From: an uncultured Acidobacteriota bacterium
GTDB taxonomy: Bacteria > Acidobacteriota > Thermoanaerobaculia > Gp7-AA8
Direction: 5' to 3'
Length of the DNA stretch: 64,000 nucleotides
Assembly: GCA_963741955.1 (NCBI GenBank)
Contig: CAVUKB010000001.1
Location: 449,417-513,416, forward strand
This document shows, piece after piece, positions 34,901-44,817 of the stretch; position 1 is the first letter of the stretch, and each line of letters opens with the position of its first letter. The notes under the pieces were generated by a model. That model was not told the DNA's origin. It saw only the letters and a program-made list of their open reading frames with translations, and made no database searches. The translations under genes and the position numbers were made by a program.

Positions 34901-35076
34901 CCGCATTTCTCACACCATCTCGCCGCGAGGAGGCGGAGAGCGGCCTGGCTGCAAGGCGCGCCCCGCTTCGGCGACGAAGGCATAGTGGTGACTATGTTGA
35001 GGAGCCGAAGCCTCAACGAAGCAGACAGGCCGCTATCCGGCTCCGCAGCAGAGATGGTGAGAGAAATGCGGGCTAG
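34901..35076. mobile_element. palindromic MITE-like element, type A, copy 2 (inverted relative to copy 1)
   Basis: CCGCATTTCTCACACCATCTC ... GAGATGGTGAGAGAAATGCGGGCTAG; the reverse complement aligns with 32089-32262. Confidence 0.75.
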
Positions 35077-35085
35077 AATGGCGTG

Positions 35086-36327
35086 ATGGAAGTCGGGCAA
35101 TTCCTCCTGACACTCATCGCGCTCTTCGGATTCGCCAAGCTGCTCGGCGAGCTCGCCGAGCGCATCGGGCAGCCGGCGGTCCTCGGGGAGCTCCTCGCGG
35201 GCCTGGTCGTGGGGGTTTCGGGCCTCCATCTGGTCGATCCCCACGATGCGACCATCCATCTCCTCTCCGAGCTCGGAGTGGTCCTTCTCCTCTTTCTGAT
35301 CGGACTGGAAACCGATCTCCGCAAACTGCTGGCGGTCGGATTCTCGTCGACGGCAGTGGCCCTGGTGGGCGTCTTCGTTCCGTTCGGCCTCGGATTTCTG
35401 GTCGGCGAAATGCTCGGATATCCCCGAGTGCTCTCGATCTTTCTCGGTGCGACACTCACCGCCACCTCCGTCGGGATCACCGCACGCGTACTCTCCGATC
35501 TCGGGCACCTGCAGGACAAGGAATCGCAGATCGTTCTCGGCGCCGCCGTCATCGACGACATCGTCGGGCTGGTGATACTCGCCGTCGTCGGCGCCCTGGC
35601 GAAAGGAGAGCCGCTCAGCGTTCTCGGGGTGGTGAGGATCACCGTAGTGGCCTTCGGCTTCGTGGTGCTGGCCATCGTCATCGGGCAATATCTCGCTCCG
35701 GTGCTGATCCGTGGGATCGCGAAGCTGCGTGTCGCGAAGGCGCTCTTCTTCGCCTCGGTGATGTTCGCGTTCGCGCTGGCCTACCTGGCCGATGCGGTCG
35801 GCTCCGCGATGATCGTCGGCTCGTTCGCCGCCGGGCTCGTTCTCGCGCGTACGGACGAAGGCCATCGGATCGAGCGGGAAGTCCACGACATCGCGCAGTT
35901 CTTCATCCCGATCTTCTTCGTGTCGGTCGGCGCGGCCATCGAGTTGAAGACCCTGAATCCGTTCGACCCCGCCGCGAGGAAGTTCCTTCTGATCGGCATC
36001 GCGCTGACGGTGGTTGCCATCATCGGCAAGATCGTCGCGGGATTCGTGGTTCGGGGCCGCGACGCAAAACGGCTGGTGATCGGCGTGGGGATGATCCCCC
36101 GAGGCGAGGTCGGCCTGATCTTCGCCCAGATCGGTCTTGCCACGGGGCTGCTCAGCGGCGGCATCTACAGCGCGGTCGCGCTGATGGTCATCGCGACGAC
36201 GTTCGTGACCCCGCCCGCGCTTCGGCTTCTGCTCAAGAAGGGGGCACCGCCTTCGGAGGAGCACGTGGCGAGCTACGTCACCGAAGCATTCGACGACCGC
36301 GCTCCGGGAGCCGCCGAGGACGAGTGA
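35086..36327 (+). CDS. cation:proton antiporter (CPA2, NapA/KefB-like)
   Basis: PAVLGELLAG, LFLIGLE, ATSVGIT, AAVIDD, GMIPRGEV. Confidence 0.92.
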   Translation: MEVGQFLLTLIALFGFAKLLGELAERIGQPAVLGELLAGLVVGVSGLHLVDPHDATIHLLSELGVVLLLFLIGLETDLRKLLAVGFSSTAVALVGVFVPFGLGFLVGEMLGYPRVLSIFLGATLTATSVGITARVLSDLGHLQDKESQIVLGAAVIDDIVGLVILAVVGALAKGEPLSVLGVVRITVVAFGFVVLAIVIGQYLAPVLIRGIAKLRVAKALFFASVMFAFALAYLADAVGSAMIVGSFAAGLVLARTDEGHRIEREVHDIAQFFIPIFFVSVGAAIELKTLNPFDPAARKFLLIGIALTVVAIIGKIVAGFVVRGRDAKRLVIGVGMIPRGEVGLIFAQIGLATGLLSGGIYSAVALMVIATTFVTPPALRLLLKKGAPPSEEHVASYVTEAFDDRAPGAAEDE

Positions 36328-36331
36328 TCTC

Positions 36332-36347
36332 CGGCACGGGGAGTGCA
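36332..36347 (+). promoter_or_regulatory. sigma54 -24/-12-like promoter
   Basis: CGGCACGGGGAGTGCA (GG-N10-GC) upstream of the ferritin-like gene. Confidence 0.4.
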
Positions 36348-36460
36348 GGCGGATTGGACCGTTGATCGTTGTGCCACCTTCGCAGCAGGCCTGCTCTGCC
36401 GCGAGGCGGGCGTGCGGGACCAGACCGCGTTGCACGAACCACGGGAATGAGGAGATCCAG

Positions 36461-37036
36461 ATGGCCGACCGGAAGAAGCCGTTTCTGACTGACGTCAAGG
36501 AGATTCGCCGCCGCGCCCGCGAGCACATCGAGAACGGAGCGGTCACCGGGGCGTACCGCGCCGATCGCGCGAAGGTGATCGCGCTCCTGAACGAGGCGCT
36601 CGCGACCGAGATCGTCTGCGTGCTTCGCTACAAGCGGCACTACTTCATGGCCCAGGGAATCCACGCCGATCCGATCGCTGCCGAATTTCTGCAGCATGCG
36701 AACGAGGAACAGCAGCACGCGGATCAACTCGCCGCCCGCATCGTCCAGCTCGACGGACAGCCGAACTTCGACCCGTCAGGTCTGGAGAGCCGAAGCCACT
36801 CCGAATACGTCGAAGGCGACAATCTGGTGGACATGGTGAAGGAGGATCTCGTCGCGGAGCGGATCGCGATCGACACCTACACCGAGATGATCCACTTCGT
36901 GGGGGATGACGACGTGACGACGCGGCGACTTCTCGAATCCATTCTCGCCGTCGAGGAGGAGCACGCCGACGACCTCTCCAGCTTCCTCGCGGACCTGGAG
37001 GAAGACTTCAAGACGCGCGGTCGAAAGCGCGGCTGA
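36461..37036 (+). CDS. bacterioferritin / ferritin-like protein
   Basis: LNEALATE, EEQQHAD, DLVAERIAI, EEEHADD diiron ligands; GAGGAG RBS. Confidence 0.9.
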   Translation: MADRKKPFLTDVKEIRRRAREHIENGAVTGAYRADRAKVIALLNEALATEIVCVLRYKRHYFMAQGIHADPIAAEFLQHANEEQQHADQLAARIVQLDGQPNFDPSGLESRSHSEYVEGDNLVDMVKEDLVAERIAIDTYTEMIHFVGDDDVTTRRLLESILAVEEEHADDLSSFLADLEEDFKTRGRKRG

Positions 37037-37094
37037 CGCCGCCGGCGTCCGCCCTCGCTCCCCGCATCCCAATTTCTTCGAGAATTGAGGTATC

Positions 37095-37967
37095 TTGCGG
37101 CCTGGGAGTCTCCGCGGCAGAAACGTCGATGGTTATACCGCACAGACTCTTTGGGGGGGCGGATGTTCCGCTCGGGAGACCGAACTGCTGGGTAGAGCTC
37201 TGATCGCAACGGCGCTGGTGGTCGCAGCGACCTGTCTCGTCCTCGCTTCCCTGCGGTTTCGCAACAGCTCGGGGATTCCGATCCTCCGCCTCATCCGCAG
37301 ACGGTTTCGCCAGCCTCCATCCGGCTCCGTCCTCCTCGCCCTCGTTGCAGGAGTGGCGGTGGTTCTCTTCCCGTTGAGCTTCTACGTCCTGGCGGGGTGG
37401 GTTCGCGTCTTCCCGAAGGCAGCCGATCCGACCCGATTCACTCAGCTGATCTTCGGTGCAGTGGCGATGCGCGTCTTCCTGGCGGCTTCCGAGGAGCTCG
37501 TGTTCAGGGGAGCGGTCCTTCCGGAGGTCGGGCGTCGCATCGGAATGGGGTGGGGAGTGGTTCTCTCATCGGCGCTCTACGCGGTGGCTCACCTCCACCC
37601 GCAGATGTCGATCGGCTCGGTGGTGGAGATCCTCCTGTTTTTCGCGGAGGGATGCGGCTATGCAGTTGCGTACGCCGCCACCGGATCCCTCTGGACGCCG
37701 ACCATCTGGCACGCCACCCGAGCCGTCCTGGCGGGTTTCATCTGGGGCGGAGCGGACCTGCCGCGTCGCTTCATCGTTCCCTATCCTGAAGCGTTCGCAC
37801 CATGGAGCGGGAATGGAATTCGACCGGGCGGAGTCGACCTGATGCTGGTGACCATGATCGTCGTCCTCCTCGTATTTGCCCTCGCGTCCGATCTGGTCCG
37901 GCGCGCTCCGAAACTGGAGCGGGAGTGGGCCGGCGAAATGCAAAGGGAGGATGCCGCTGTTTCCTGA
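37095..37967 (+). CDS. CPBP (Abi/CAAX) intramembrane glutamic endopeptidase; start uncertain
   Basis: EELVFRG, YAVAH, TGSLW.PT.WH motifs. Confidence 0.75.
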   Translation: MRPGSLRGRNVDGYTAQTLWGGGCSARETELLGRALIATALVVAATCLVLASLRFRNSSGIPILRLIRRRFRQPPSGSVLLALVAGVAVVLFPLSFYVLAGWVRVFPKAADPTRFTQLIFGAVAMRVFLAASEELVFRGAVLPEVGRRIGMGWGVVLSSALYAVAHLHPQMSIGSVVEILLFFAEGCGYAVAYAATGSLWTPTIWHATRAVLAGFIWGGADLPRRFIVPYPEAFAPWSGNGIRPGGVDLMLVTMIVVLLVFALASDLVRRAPKLEREWAGEMQREDAAVS

Positions 37968-38110
37968 GGATGCGCGCTCCGGTCGAGGAATCGGAACGAC
38001 GGAAGTCGCCGGTACCCATAGGAGATCAGCGCGCTGCAGCAGGCGGCAGTCTCCCGGAAGTGTGGTAAATTCATGCCGTTCGCGACCCGCTGGTTTCATC
38101 GAAGACATCC

Positions 38111-38887
38111 ATGAGCAGACCTGCCGAACGACACTCCCGAGCTCTCGAGCAGATCCTTCACCGGTTCGATCTTTCGCACGACTTCGGCCGGAAGAGGGCC
38201 TACGAGGCGGCGATCGAATACGCGAGAGAAAATCTCCTCGAAGATCCCCACTGTGACGAATTTCTGAAAGCCGCAGCCGTCCGGCTCGGTTTCGCACCGG
38301 TGGCGTTCGACACGATCGAGAGCCGTGTCAAGCTTCCCAAAGGCGCCTGGCTCGACGTCTGGATCTCGGACGAGGATGACGAGGTGGCCTTCACCGGAAC
38401 CTCCGAAGGTCTGCAGTACATGATCGATCTGCTGACCCAGCTCAAGAACAGCTCCGATCCCGAGGAGCACATTCACATCGACCGCGCATATCTTCCGCTC
38501 ACCGAGCATTCGGCCAATCTCGTTCTCTACAAGGAAGACGAGAGCTGGTTCACCGGAGCAGGCGCCGCGGACCAGATGGAGGACTTCCCGCAGCGCGAGA
38601 TCGACGTCAAGACGATCTACGCGGTGCAGTGCATTCACTATCCACCGGACGATCTGCCGATCACCGCACAGAAACTGTACCGTGTGCTGAAGGTCGAGCG
38701 CGACGGCGTGCAGCCGACTGCGAATTTCAAGGATTTCCCGGAAGGAAGCACGGATCGTTATTTCCGCTTCACGTTCTTCGCGGACAACGGCGAGAAATTC
38801 GCGTACTCCTTCCACCTCGATGATCCCGGAGTGAACTTCTTCACCCACCGGGAGATCGTGTCGCTCGCACTTCAGACCGTCGACTGA
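38111..38887 (+). CDS. hypothetical protein with a central Imm32-like segment
   Basis: Clean acidic ORF; EVAFTGTSEGLQYMIDLL...EHIHID...LTEHSANLVLYK resembles Imm32 (from memory, unverified). Confidence 0.6.
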   Translation: MSRPAERHSRALEQILHRFDLSHDFGRKRAYEAAIEYARENLLEDPHCDEFLKAAAVRLGFAPVAFDTIESRVKLPKGAWLDVWISDEDDEVAFTGTSEGLQYMIDLLTQLKNSSDPEEHIHIDRAYLPLTEHSANLVLYKEDESWFTGAGAADQMEDFPQREIDVKTIYAVQCIHYPPDDLPITAQKLYRVLKVERDGVQPTANFKDFPEGSTDRYFRFTFFADNGEKFAYSFHLDDPGVNFFTHREIVSLALQTVD

Positions 38888-38988
38888 ACGGGCTCTCCCG
38901 CCGGACGAGCACGCTCCAGCCGCTCCCGGCTCGTCGAATCCGGTGAACGCGACACCCGCCGCGGCGGTGTTCCGCGAAAGGAGAGCTC

Positions 38989-40317
38989 ATGAGCAGATTC
39001 GAATGGTGGGAGTGGTGGCAGGAGCGAAAGGAGACGTACCTCCGGAGCGATGAACCTTTCCTCGACGCCGAGAGGTTCTCGTCCATCTGTGTCGGACGCG
39101 GACTTCCCGACATCAGTCAGCATTCGACATTCCCGTTCCGGAACGTCAAGGACGGCGCGGATCGCTTCATCGGCAAGAGCAAGAGCGGAGAGAAGCCCTT
39201 CGCCCGGATCTACACACGCCTCGGGAATCCGAGCACCGAATATCTCGAACGGGTGCTCTTCCAGCTCGATTGCCAGCATCTGATCGACCGGGCACTCGCG
39301 GCCGACGAGAAGACGCCGACGGTCGGGAGCATGGTGCTCGCTTCCGGAATGGCCGCGATCTCCGTGACCCTCCTGTCGCTCCTCCAGTCGGGTGACGGCA
39401 TCATCGCCGGCAACGTCTATGGCTGCACCGACAGCCTGATCCGCTCACTCGGACGAAAGTTCGGGATCGACTACCACTTCGTCGATACCACCGATACCGA
39501 GCAGGTCCGGGAGGCGCTCGATGCGCATCCGAACGTCCGGGTCGTCTTTCTCGAAACGCCCGAGAACCCGAACCTCGGGATGGCCGAGATTCGGGCCATC
39601 TCACGACTCACCGATCGCCACGGCGCCGCCCTCGTCGTCGACAACACGTTCTGCAGTGCGTACCTTCAGCAGCCTTTCCGGCTCGGAGCCGACTTCGTCG
39701 TGCAGTCGCTCACCAAGTACGTCAACGGACACAGCGCGTCCATCGCCGGTCACGTCCTCGGGCCGTTTCCATTCATGACGTCCGAATTCTTTCAGATGGC
39801 GAAGGACATCGGCCCCACGCCGAGCCCGTTCGACAGCTGGGTGAATTCGATGTCTCTCCAGACGCTCCCGCAGAGAATGGATGCCGCGGCAGCCATCGCG
39901 GAGAAGATGGCCCGTTACCTGAGCGGACATCCGCAGGTGAGCCGGGTTCATTATCCGGGGCTCGCCTCGCATCCGCAGCATCATCTGGTGGGCACTCAGA
40001 TGCGCAATGGTGGAGCGATGATCTCGTTCGAGCTGCAGGGTGGATTCGAGCCCGGAGTGCGGCTGATGAACTACTTCGCGCGGAAGGACACTCCGATGGA
40101 ACTCGCGGTGAGTCTCGGCAGCGTGATCAGCTACATCGAACATCCGGCCAGCATGACTCACGCGGTCGTTCCGAAAGAGGATCGCGAAGCGCGCGGCATC
40201 TCGGATGGGCTGGTCCGGCTGAGTGTCGGACTGGAGGGATACACCACGCTCCGCGACTCGTTCGAAGAAGGCCTCGAGCTCGCCTGCAACGGCAAGGCCG
40301 TCCACTCGGTTCGCTGA
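38989..40317 (+). CDS. Cys/Met metabolism PLP enzyme (methionine gamma-lyase / cystathionine gamma-synthase family)
   Basis: YTRLGNP, SGMAAI, ETPENP, VDNTF, SLTKYVNGH, AVSLG, RLSVGLE. Confidence 0.9.
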   Translation: MSRFEWWEWWQERKETYLRSDEPFLDAERFSSICVGRGLPDISQHSTFPFRNVKDGADRFIGKSKSGEKPFARIYTRLGNPSTEYLERVLFQLDCQHLIDRALAADEKTPTVGSMVLASGMAAISVTLLSLLQSGDGIIAGNVYGCTDSLIRSLGRKFGIDYHFVDTTDTEQVREALDAHPNVRVVFLETPENPNLGMAEIRAISRLTDRHGAALVVDNTFCSAYLQQPFRLGADFVVQSLTKYVNGHSASIAGHVLGPFPFMTSEFFQMAKDIGPTPSPFDSWVNSMSLQTLPQRMDAAAAIAEKMARYLSGHPQVSRVHYPGLASHPQHHLVGTQMRNGGAMISFELQGGFEPGVRLMNYFARKDTPMELAVSLGSVISYIEHPASMTHAVVPKEDREARGISDGLVRLSVGLEGYTTLRDSFEEGLELACNGKAVHSVR

Positions 40318-40405
40318 CCTCATCCGTGTTGCGACCCGGATCGCTCCGAGTTTCGATATGATGCAGCGCAATCTGAAATTCGGGACGACGATCGTTACGG
40401 AGGTC

Positions 40406-41263
40406 ATGGTGGAGATCCGGCAGATCACGGTGATCGGGAGCGGAACCATGGGTCGCGGCATCGCCTGGCTCGCCCTCGATGCGGGATACGAAGTGTTCCT
40501 CACCGACGTGGAGGAGGATCGCCTCGACGAGGCGAAGGATGCGATCGAGACGCTCTTCACCCGCGCCGTCGAGAAAGGGAAGATCGACAGCGCCCACGCC
40601 CGCGAATCGCTGGCCAGACTCAGCTCGACATCGGATCTCGAGTCCGCCTGCAGACAGGCGAATCTGATCATCGAAGCGGTCCCCGAGAATCTGGAGCTCA
40701 AGAAGGAGCTCTTCTCACAGGCCGATCTCTACTGCGACGTCGACACCATCCTCGCTTCGAACACTTCGTCCCTCTCGATCTCCGCTCTCGCCGGATCGGT
40801 CGAAAAACGCGACCTCTTCGTCGGTCTTCATTTTTTCAACCCGCCGCACCGGATGAAGCTCGTGGAGATCGTCGCAGGGAACCGGACGTCACAGGAGACC
40901 ATCGATGCGGTCGCCGACGTGGCGCGGAAGATGGGGAAGGAGACGATCGTCGTCCGTGACACTCCGGGGTTCGCGACGTCGCGTCTCGGGGTCGCGATGG
41001 GCCTCGAGGCGATCCGGATGCTCGAGGAAGGAGTCGCGTCCGCCGAGGACATCGACCGGGCCATGGAGCTCGGATACAACCATCCGATGGGGCCACTGCG
41101 AGTGACCGACCTGGTCGGACTCGATGTGCGTCTCTCGATCGCGGAGTACCTCGCCTCCACCCTCGGTCCTCGTTTCGAGCCACCGGCGCTGCTGCGTCGG
41201 ATGGTGGAGGAAGGACGAGTCGGGAGAAAGAGCGGCCGCGGATTCTTCGAATGGCCGGAGTAG
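40406..41263 (+). CDS. 3-hydroxyacyl-CoA dehydrogenase
   Basis: GSGTMGRG, EAVPE, SNTSSL, HFFNP, HPMGP. Confidence 0.94.
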   Translation: MVEIRQITVIGSGTMGRGIAWLALDAGYEVFLTDVEEDRLDEAKDAIETLFTRAVEKGKIDSAHARESLARLSSTSDLESACRQANLIIEAVPENLELKKELFSQADLYCDVDTILASNTSSLSISALAGSVEKRDLFVGLHFFNPPHRMKLVEIVAGNRTSQETIDAVADVARKMGKETIVVRDTPGFATSRLGVAMGLEAIRMLEEGVASAEDIDRAMELGYNHPMGPLRVTDLVGLDVRLSIAEYLASTLGPRFEPPALLRRMVEEGRVGRKSGRGFFEWPE

Positions 41264-42018
41264 GTTCGCCAGGCGAGGCCTACGACGCGTTCGCATACGC
41301 GTACGACCAGGCGCTCGGCGAACGCTTCTTCTCCTCGGTGGCCCGCCTCCTGGACCGCGTGGAGCGCGAGCACCCGCCTCTCGCTCCCTCTCCGACCCAC
41401 CTCGACGTCGCGTGCGGTACCGGCCGGGTCGTCGAATACTTCACCCGCCGCGGATACCGCTCGACCGGCTTCGATGCATCTCTTCCGATGCTCCGGCTCG
41501 GGCGCGAGCGTGCGTCCAGGCTCGTCGCGGGCGACATGCGTACGTCGATGTTCAGAGGACGGTTCGACCGGATCACCTGCCTCTACGACAGCCTGAATCA
41601 TCTTCTCGAACGCGAAGATCTCGTCGCCGCGTTCCGCTCCGTCGCGTCGATGATGCATCCCGGGTCGCTCTACTGTTTCGACGTCAACCATCCGGCGGCG
41701 TATCCCCGTATCTGGGGAGTTCCCGAGCCTTTCATCTCCCGCGATGACGATCACTATCTCTCTCTCGATACGGCCTGGTCCGCAGAGAGAAAGCTCGGCC
41801 GCGCTCGAGCCACCGGCTGGGCGAACCTGAAGGGGAAGCGGGTCAGGATCGACGAGATCCACCTGCAGCGCCCGTGGAGTGAAGAGGAGATCTCGAGCGC
41901 GCTCTCGGCAGCCGGCCTCGAGGCGTCGGAGATCTCTCCGTTCGATCCGTTCGACGGATTGCACGAGGACGAGCCGGTGAAGATCTTCTTTCTGGCCGGG
42001 ATGAAGAAGTCGGCTTGA
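41251..42018 (+). CDS. class I SAM-dependent methyltransferase
   Basis: LDVACGTG, GDMR, CLYDSLNH, FDVN. Confidence 0.88.
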   Translation: MAGVGSPGEAYDAFAYAYDQALGERFFSSVARLLDRVEREHPPLAPSPTHLDVACGTGRVVEYFTRRGYRSTGFDASLPMLRLGRERASRLVAGDMRTSMFRGRFDRITCLYDSLNHLLEREDLVAAFRSVASMMHPGSLYCFDVNHPAAYPRIWGVPEPFISRDDDHYLSLDTAWSAERKLGRARATGWANLKGKRVRIDEIHLQRPWSEEEISSALSAAGLEASEISPFDPFDGLHEDEPVKIFFLAGMKKSA

Positions 42019-42098
42019 AGTGGCGGTCGCAGCCGTGCGGGGGAAGGAGTGCGAACCGCCGGCGTGATTCCGGCGGTTCGTCGTTTCACTTTTCAGCG

Positions 42099-42353
42099 TC
42101 AGACGTAATGTCTTCGCCCGACGATCAGTCGATAGATGAGCAGCAGGACGATTGCGCCGATGATCGACCCGATCCAGCCTGCAGCCGAGTTCCCCGTACC
42201 GAATACGATCTGGCCGAGGAATCCGCCGACGAATGATCCGGCGATTCCGAGAAGAATCGTCACGATGATGCCGCCCGGATCGCGTCCAGGCATCAGGAGT
42301 TTTGCGATTGCGCCTACGATGAGGCCGAAAATGATCCACCAGAGGATGTTCAT
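42099..42353 (-). CDS. GlsB/YeaQ/YmgE stress membrane protein
   Basis: WIIFGLIVGAIAKLLMPGRDPGG...GSIIGAIVLL. Confidence 0.92.
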   Translation of the reverse strand: MNILWWIIFGLIVGAIAKLLMPGRDPGGIIVTILLGIAGSFVGGFLGQIVFGTGNSAAGWIGSIIGAIVLLLIYRLIVGRRHYV

Positions 42354-42402
42354 TCTGTCTCCTTCGAGCCGCATTCGTAGCGTGGCTCGGTCATGGAGTA
42401 GT

Positions 42403-42419
42403 CGCAACAGCGATGCCAG
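42403..42419 (-). promoter_or_regulatory. sigma54 -24/-12 promoter
   Basis: Minus strand CTGGCATCGCTGTTGCG, close to YTGGCAC-N5-TTGCW, 50 bp before the GlsB start. Confidence 0.6.
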
Positions 42420-42493
42420 CCTCGACCAACCCCGCAGTCGAGTGCGGCTCGATTATTCCCACCTTCCCCCTCGCCGCCGGATTCGACGGTGAC

Positions 42494-42547
42494 ATCCAGG
42501 CTGCTCTCCGCGCTCCTCGCGACGAAATCCCGTGAATGACCCGGGCT
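42494..42547 (+). repeat. truncated relative of the type A MITE
   Basis: ATCCAGGCTGCTCTCCGCGCTCCTCGCG matches 32214-32240; the 3' part matches 34864-34896. Confidence 0.6.
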
Positions 42548-42711
42548 CGTGAATCGCAAAGTGGAGCCATGACCCTCTTCCGGATTTCTTCTCCATCCCG
42601 GCGACTCCTCCCGGCTCAGATCGCCGGGCGGTGCCTCGTTTGCATGGCGAGGTCCGTGGCGGACCGAACCTGTGAGATCGGTCCGTCCAGAGTCTGAGCA
42701 GCGAGGTCGAT

Positions 42712-43785
42712 GTGAAGAAGAGGATCGGTATCCTGACCGGGGGTGGAGATTGTCCGGGGCTGAATGCAGTGATTCGTGCGGCAGTGAGAAACGCGATCAC
42801 GCACTTCGACTACGACGTGGTTGGAATCGAGCAGGGCTTCGAGGGGCTGATTCAGAACCGGACCCGGCCTCTCACCCTGAGCGACATCCGGGGCATTCTT
42901 CCGAAGGGTGGAACGCTCCTGAAAACCACCAATCGAGGCAATCCGTTCGCATATCAGCAGCGCGGAAACGGAGAGCCGCCGCAGGACCGCTCCGAAGACG
43001 TGGTTCGGAATGTCCGGAACCTCGGGCTGGACGGAGTGATCGCGATCGGAGGCGAGGGGACACTGAAGATCGCGAAGCAGCTCTGCGACATGGGCGTGCC
43101 GATCGTCGGCGTGCCGAAGACCATCGACAATGACGTCTGCGGCACCGACTACAGCTTCGGATTCATGACTGCCGTCTTCACCGCGACCGAAGCGATCGAC
43201 CGCCTCCACAGCACCGCGGAGAGTCACAACAGAGTGATGATCCTCGAAGTGATGGGGCGGCATGCGGGATGGATCTCGCTCTACTCCGGAATCGCAGGAG
43301 GAGCGGACATCATCCTGATTCCCGAGATCCCGTTCGATACCGAACAGATCGTGACGACCATCCAGGAACGGGAGCAGTCGGGGGCTCTCTTCGCGATCAT
43401 CGTGGTCGCGGAAGGCGCGCGATGGGCCGGAGGTGAGCAGTTCTGGGTCGCGAAGGAATCGAATCGGCTCGGCGGAGTCGCGTTTCAGGTCGCCGAAGCG
43501 CTGCAGCAACGCATCGACCTCGACATCCGCGTGACGGTGCTCGGTCACGTGCAGCGCGGGGGCTCCCCCATTCCCTTCGACCGGATCCTTGCCACGAGAT
43601 ACGGCAAACATGCAGTGGACCTCGTTGCGGCAGGGGAGTTCGGGAAGATGAGTGCGTATCGTGAGGACGAGATGATCGCAGTCACCATCAACGATGCGAT
43701 CGGCCGGCTGAAACTGGTCAATCCCGATGGCGATCTCGTCCGCACCGCACTGAGCGTCGGCATTTCGATGGGTGACGGACGGTGA
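42712..43785 (+). CDS. pfkA: 6-phosphofructokinase
   Basis: TGGGDCPGLNA, IGGEGT, PKTIDND, EVMGRHAG, LGHVQRGG. Confidence 0.95.
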   Translation: MKKRIGILTGGGDCPGLNAVIRAAVRNAITHFDYDVVGIEQGFEGLIQNRTRPLTLSDIRGILPKGGTLLKTTNRGNPFAYQQRGNGEPPQDRSEDVVRNVRNLGLDGVIAIGGEGTLKIAKQLCDMGVPIVGVPKTIDNDVCGTDYSFGFMTAVFTATEAIDRLHSTAESHNRVMILEVMGRHAGWISLYSGIAGGADIILIPEIPFDTEQIVTTIQEREQSGALFAIIVVAEGARWAGGEQFWVAKESNRLGGVAFQVAEALQQRIDLDIRVTVLGHVQRGGSPIPFDRILATRYGKHAVDLVAAGEFGKMSAYREDEMIAVTINDAIGRLKLVNPDGDLVRTALSVGISMGDGR

Positions 43786-43921
43786 TGGGGAGGGAGGCGC
43801 CGTGGTCGATTTTCGACCTCCGGTTGTGGCCGCCTCGCATCCCGCCCCGGGGCCTGAAACTCCCGGCACGGTTGACACTCCCTGTACAATTCACGCGATC
43901 AATTTCAAGCAGGAGTGATGG

Positions 43922-44722
43922 ATGAGCGGAAACCTCATTGACTACAGGGTGGAGAACGGTGTCGGCATCATCGAGCTGAGCGATCCCCCCGCGAACACCT
44001 ACACGTACGAGATGAACAGGGAGCTCGACTCGGCGATCCTCGACGCGCGGATGGACGATCAGGTCCACGTGATCGTGATGAGGGGAGCAGGAGAGAAGTT
44101 CTTCTCGGCAGGGGCGAACATCAAGATGCTCTCGGAGGTCACGCCGACCTTCAAGTACTACTTCTGTCTCCATGCGAACGAGACGCTGCTCCGGCTCGAG
44201 CAGACGCCGAAGCTCGTGATCGCCGCGCTGAACGGGCACACCGTCGGCGGAGGGCTGGAGATCGCCATGGCCGCGGATCTGCGGATCGCTCTGCAGGGCG
44301 CCGGGAAAGTCGGCCTTCCGGAAGTCACGCTCGGCGTCCTCCCCGGGACCGGCGGAACGCAGCGCCTCTCGCGCCTGGTCGGAAAGACGCGTGCGATCCA
44401 GTTGATGGCCGAGGGCGATCTGTTCGAGTTCGAGCGCGCGCTGGAGCTCGGCCTGGTGAACTACGTCTGGCCCGCGGAAGAGAATGGGGTCAAGTGGTGG
44501 GACCGGGTGCTCGAGTACGCACGAGGTTTCTGCCCTCCGAACCGTGCGTCGAAAGCGGTCGGCCGCATCAAGCGGTCGGTGCAGTCCGGATGGGAGATCC
44601 CGATGGAGTCGGCGCTCGCGGTCGAGCGCGAGCTCCAGCAGCAGCTCTTCCAGAGCGAAGACGCGAAGGAAGGGCTCGGCGCGTACATCCAGAAGCGGAA
44701 GCCTTCGTTCTCCGGGCGCTGA
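43922..44722 (+). CDS. enoyl-CoA hydratase/isomerase
   Basis: FFSAGANI, GGGLEIA, GLPEVTLGVLPG.GGTQRL. Confidence 0.92.
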   Translation: MSGNLIDYRVENGVGIIELSDPPANTYTYEMNRELDSAILDARMDDQVHVIVMRGAGEKFFSAGANIKMLSEVTPTFKYYFCLHANETLLRLEQTPKLVIAALNGHTVGGGLEIAMAADLRIALQGAGKVGLPEVTLGVLPGTGGTQRLSRLVGKTRAIQLMAEGDLFEFERALELGLVNYVWPAEENGVKWWDRVLEYARGFCPPNRASKAVGRIKRSVQSGWEIPMESALAVERELQQQLFQSEDAKEGLGAYIQKRKPSFSGR

Positions 44723-44817
44723 CCCGGAATTCTCACACCGTCTCGTCGCGAGGCGAATCACGATTCCGGCGGAGACGCGCTCTCCGCCGGGATCTTTCTT
44801 TTAGTGAGGAGATCCTG

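Noticed and set aside
37153-37195. G7 tract and out-of-frame ATG near the CPBP gene start as phase variation or frameshift
   Set aside because: The tract is short for a GC-rich genome and the start cannot be resolved without homologues.
38888-38988. SAM riboswitch upstream of the Cys/Met PLP enzyme
   Set aside because: No SAM-I core (AUC..GAG...GAU) recognisable.
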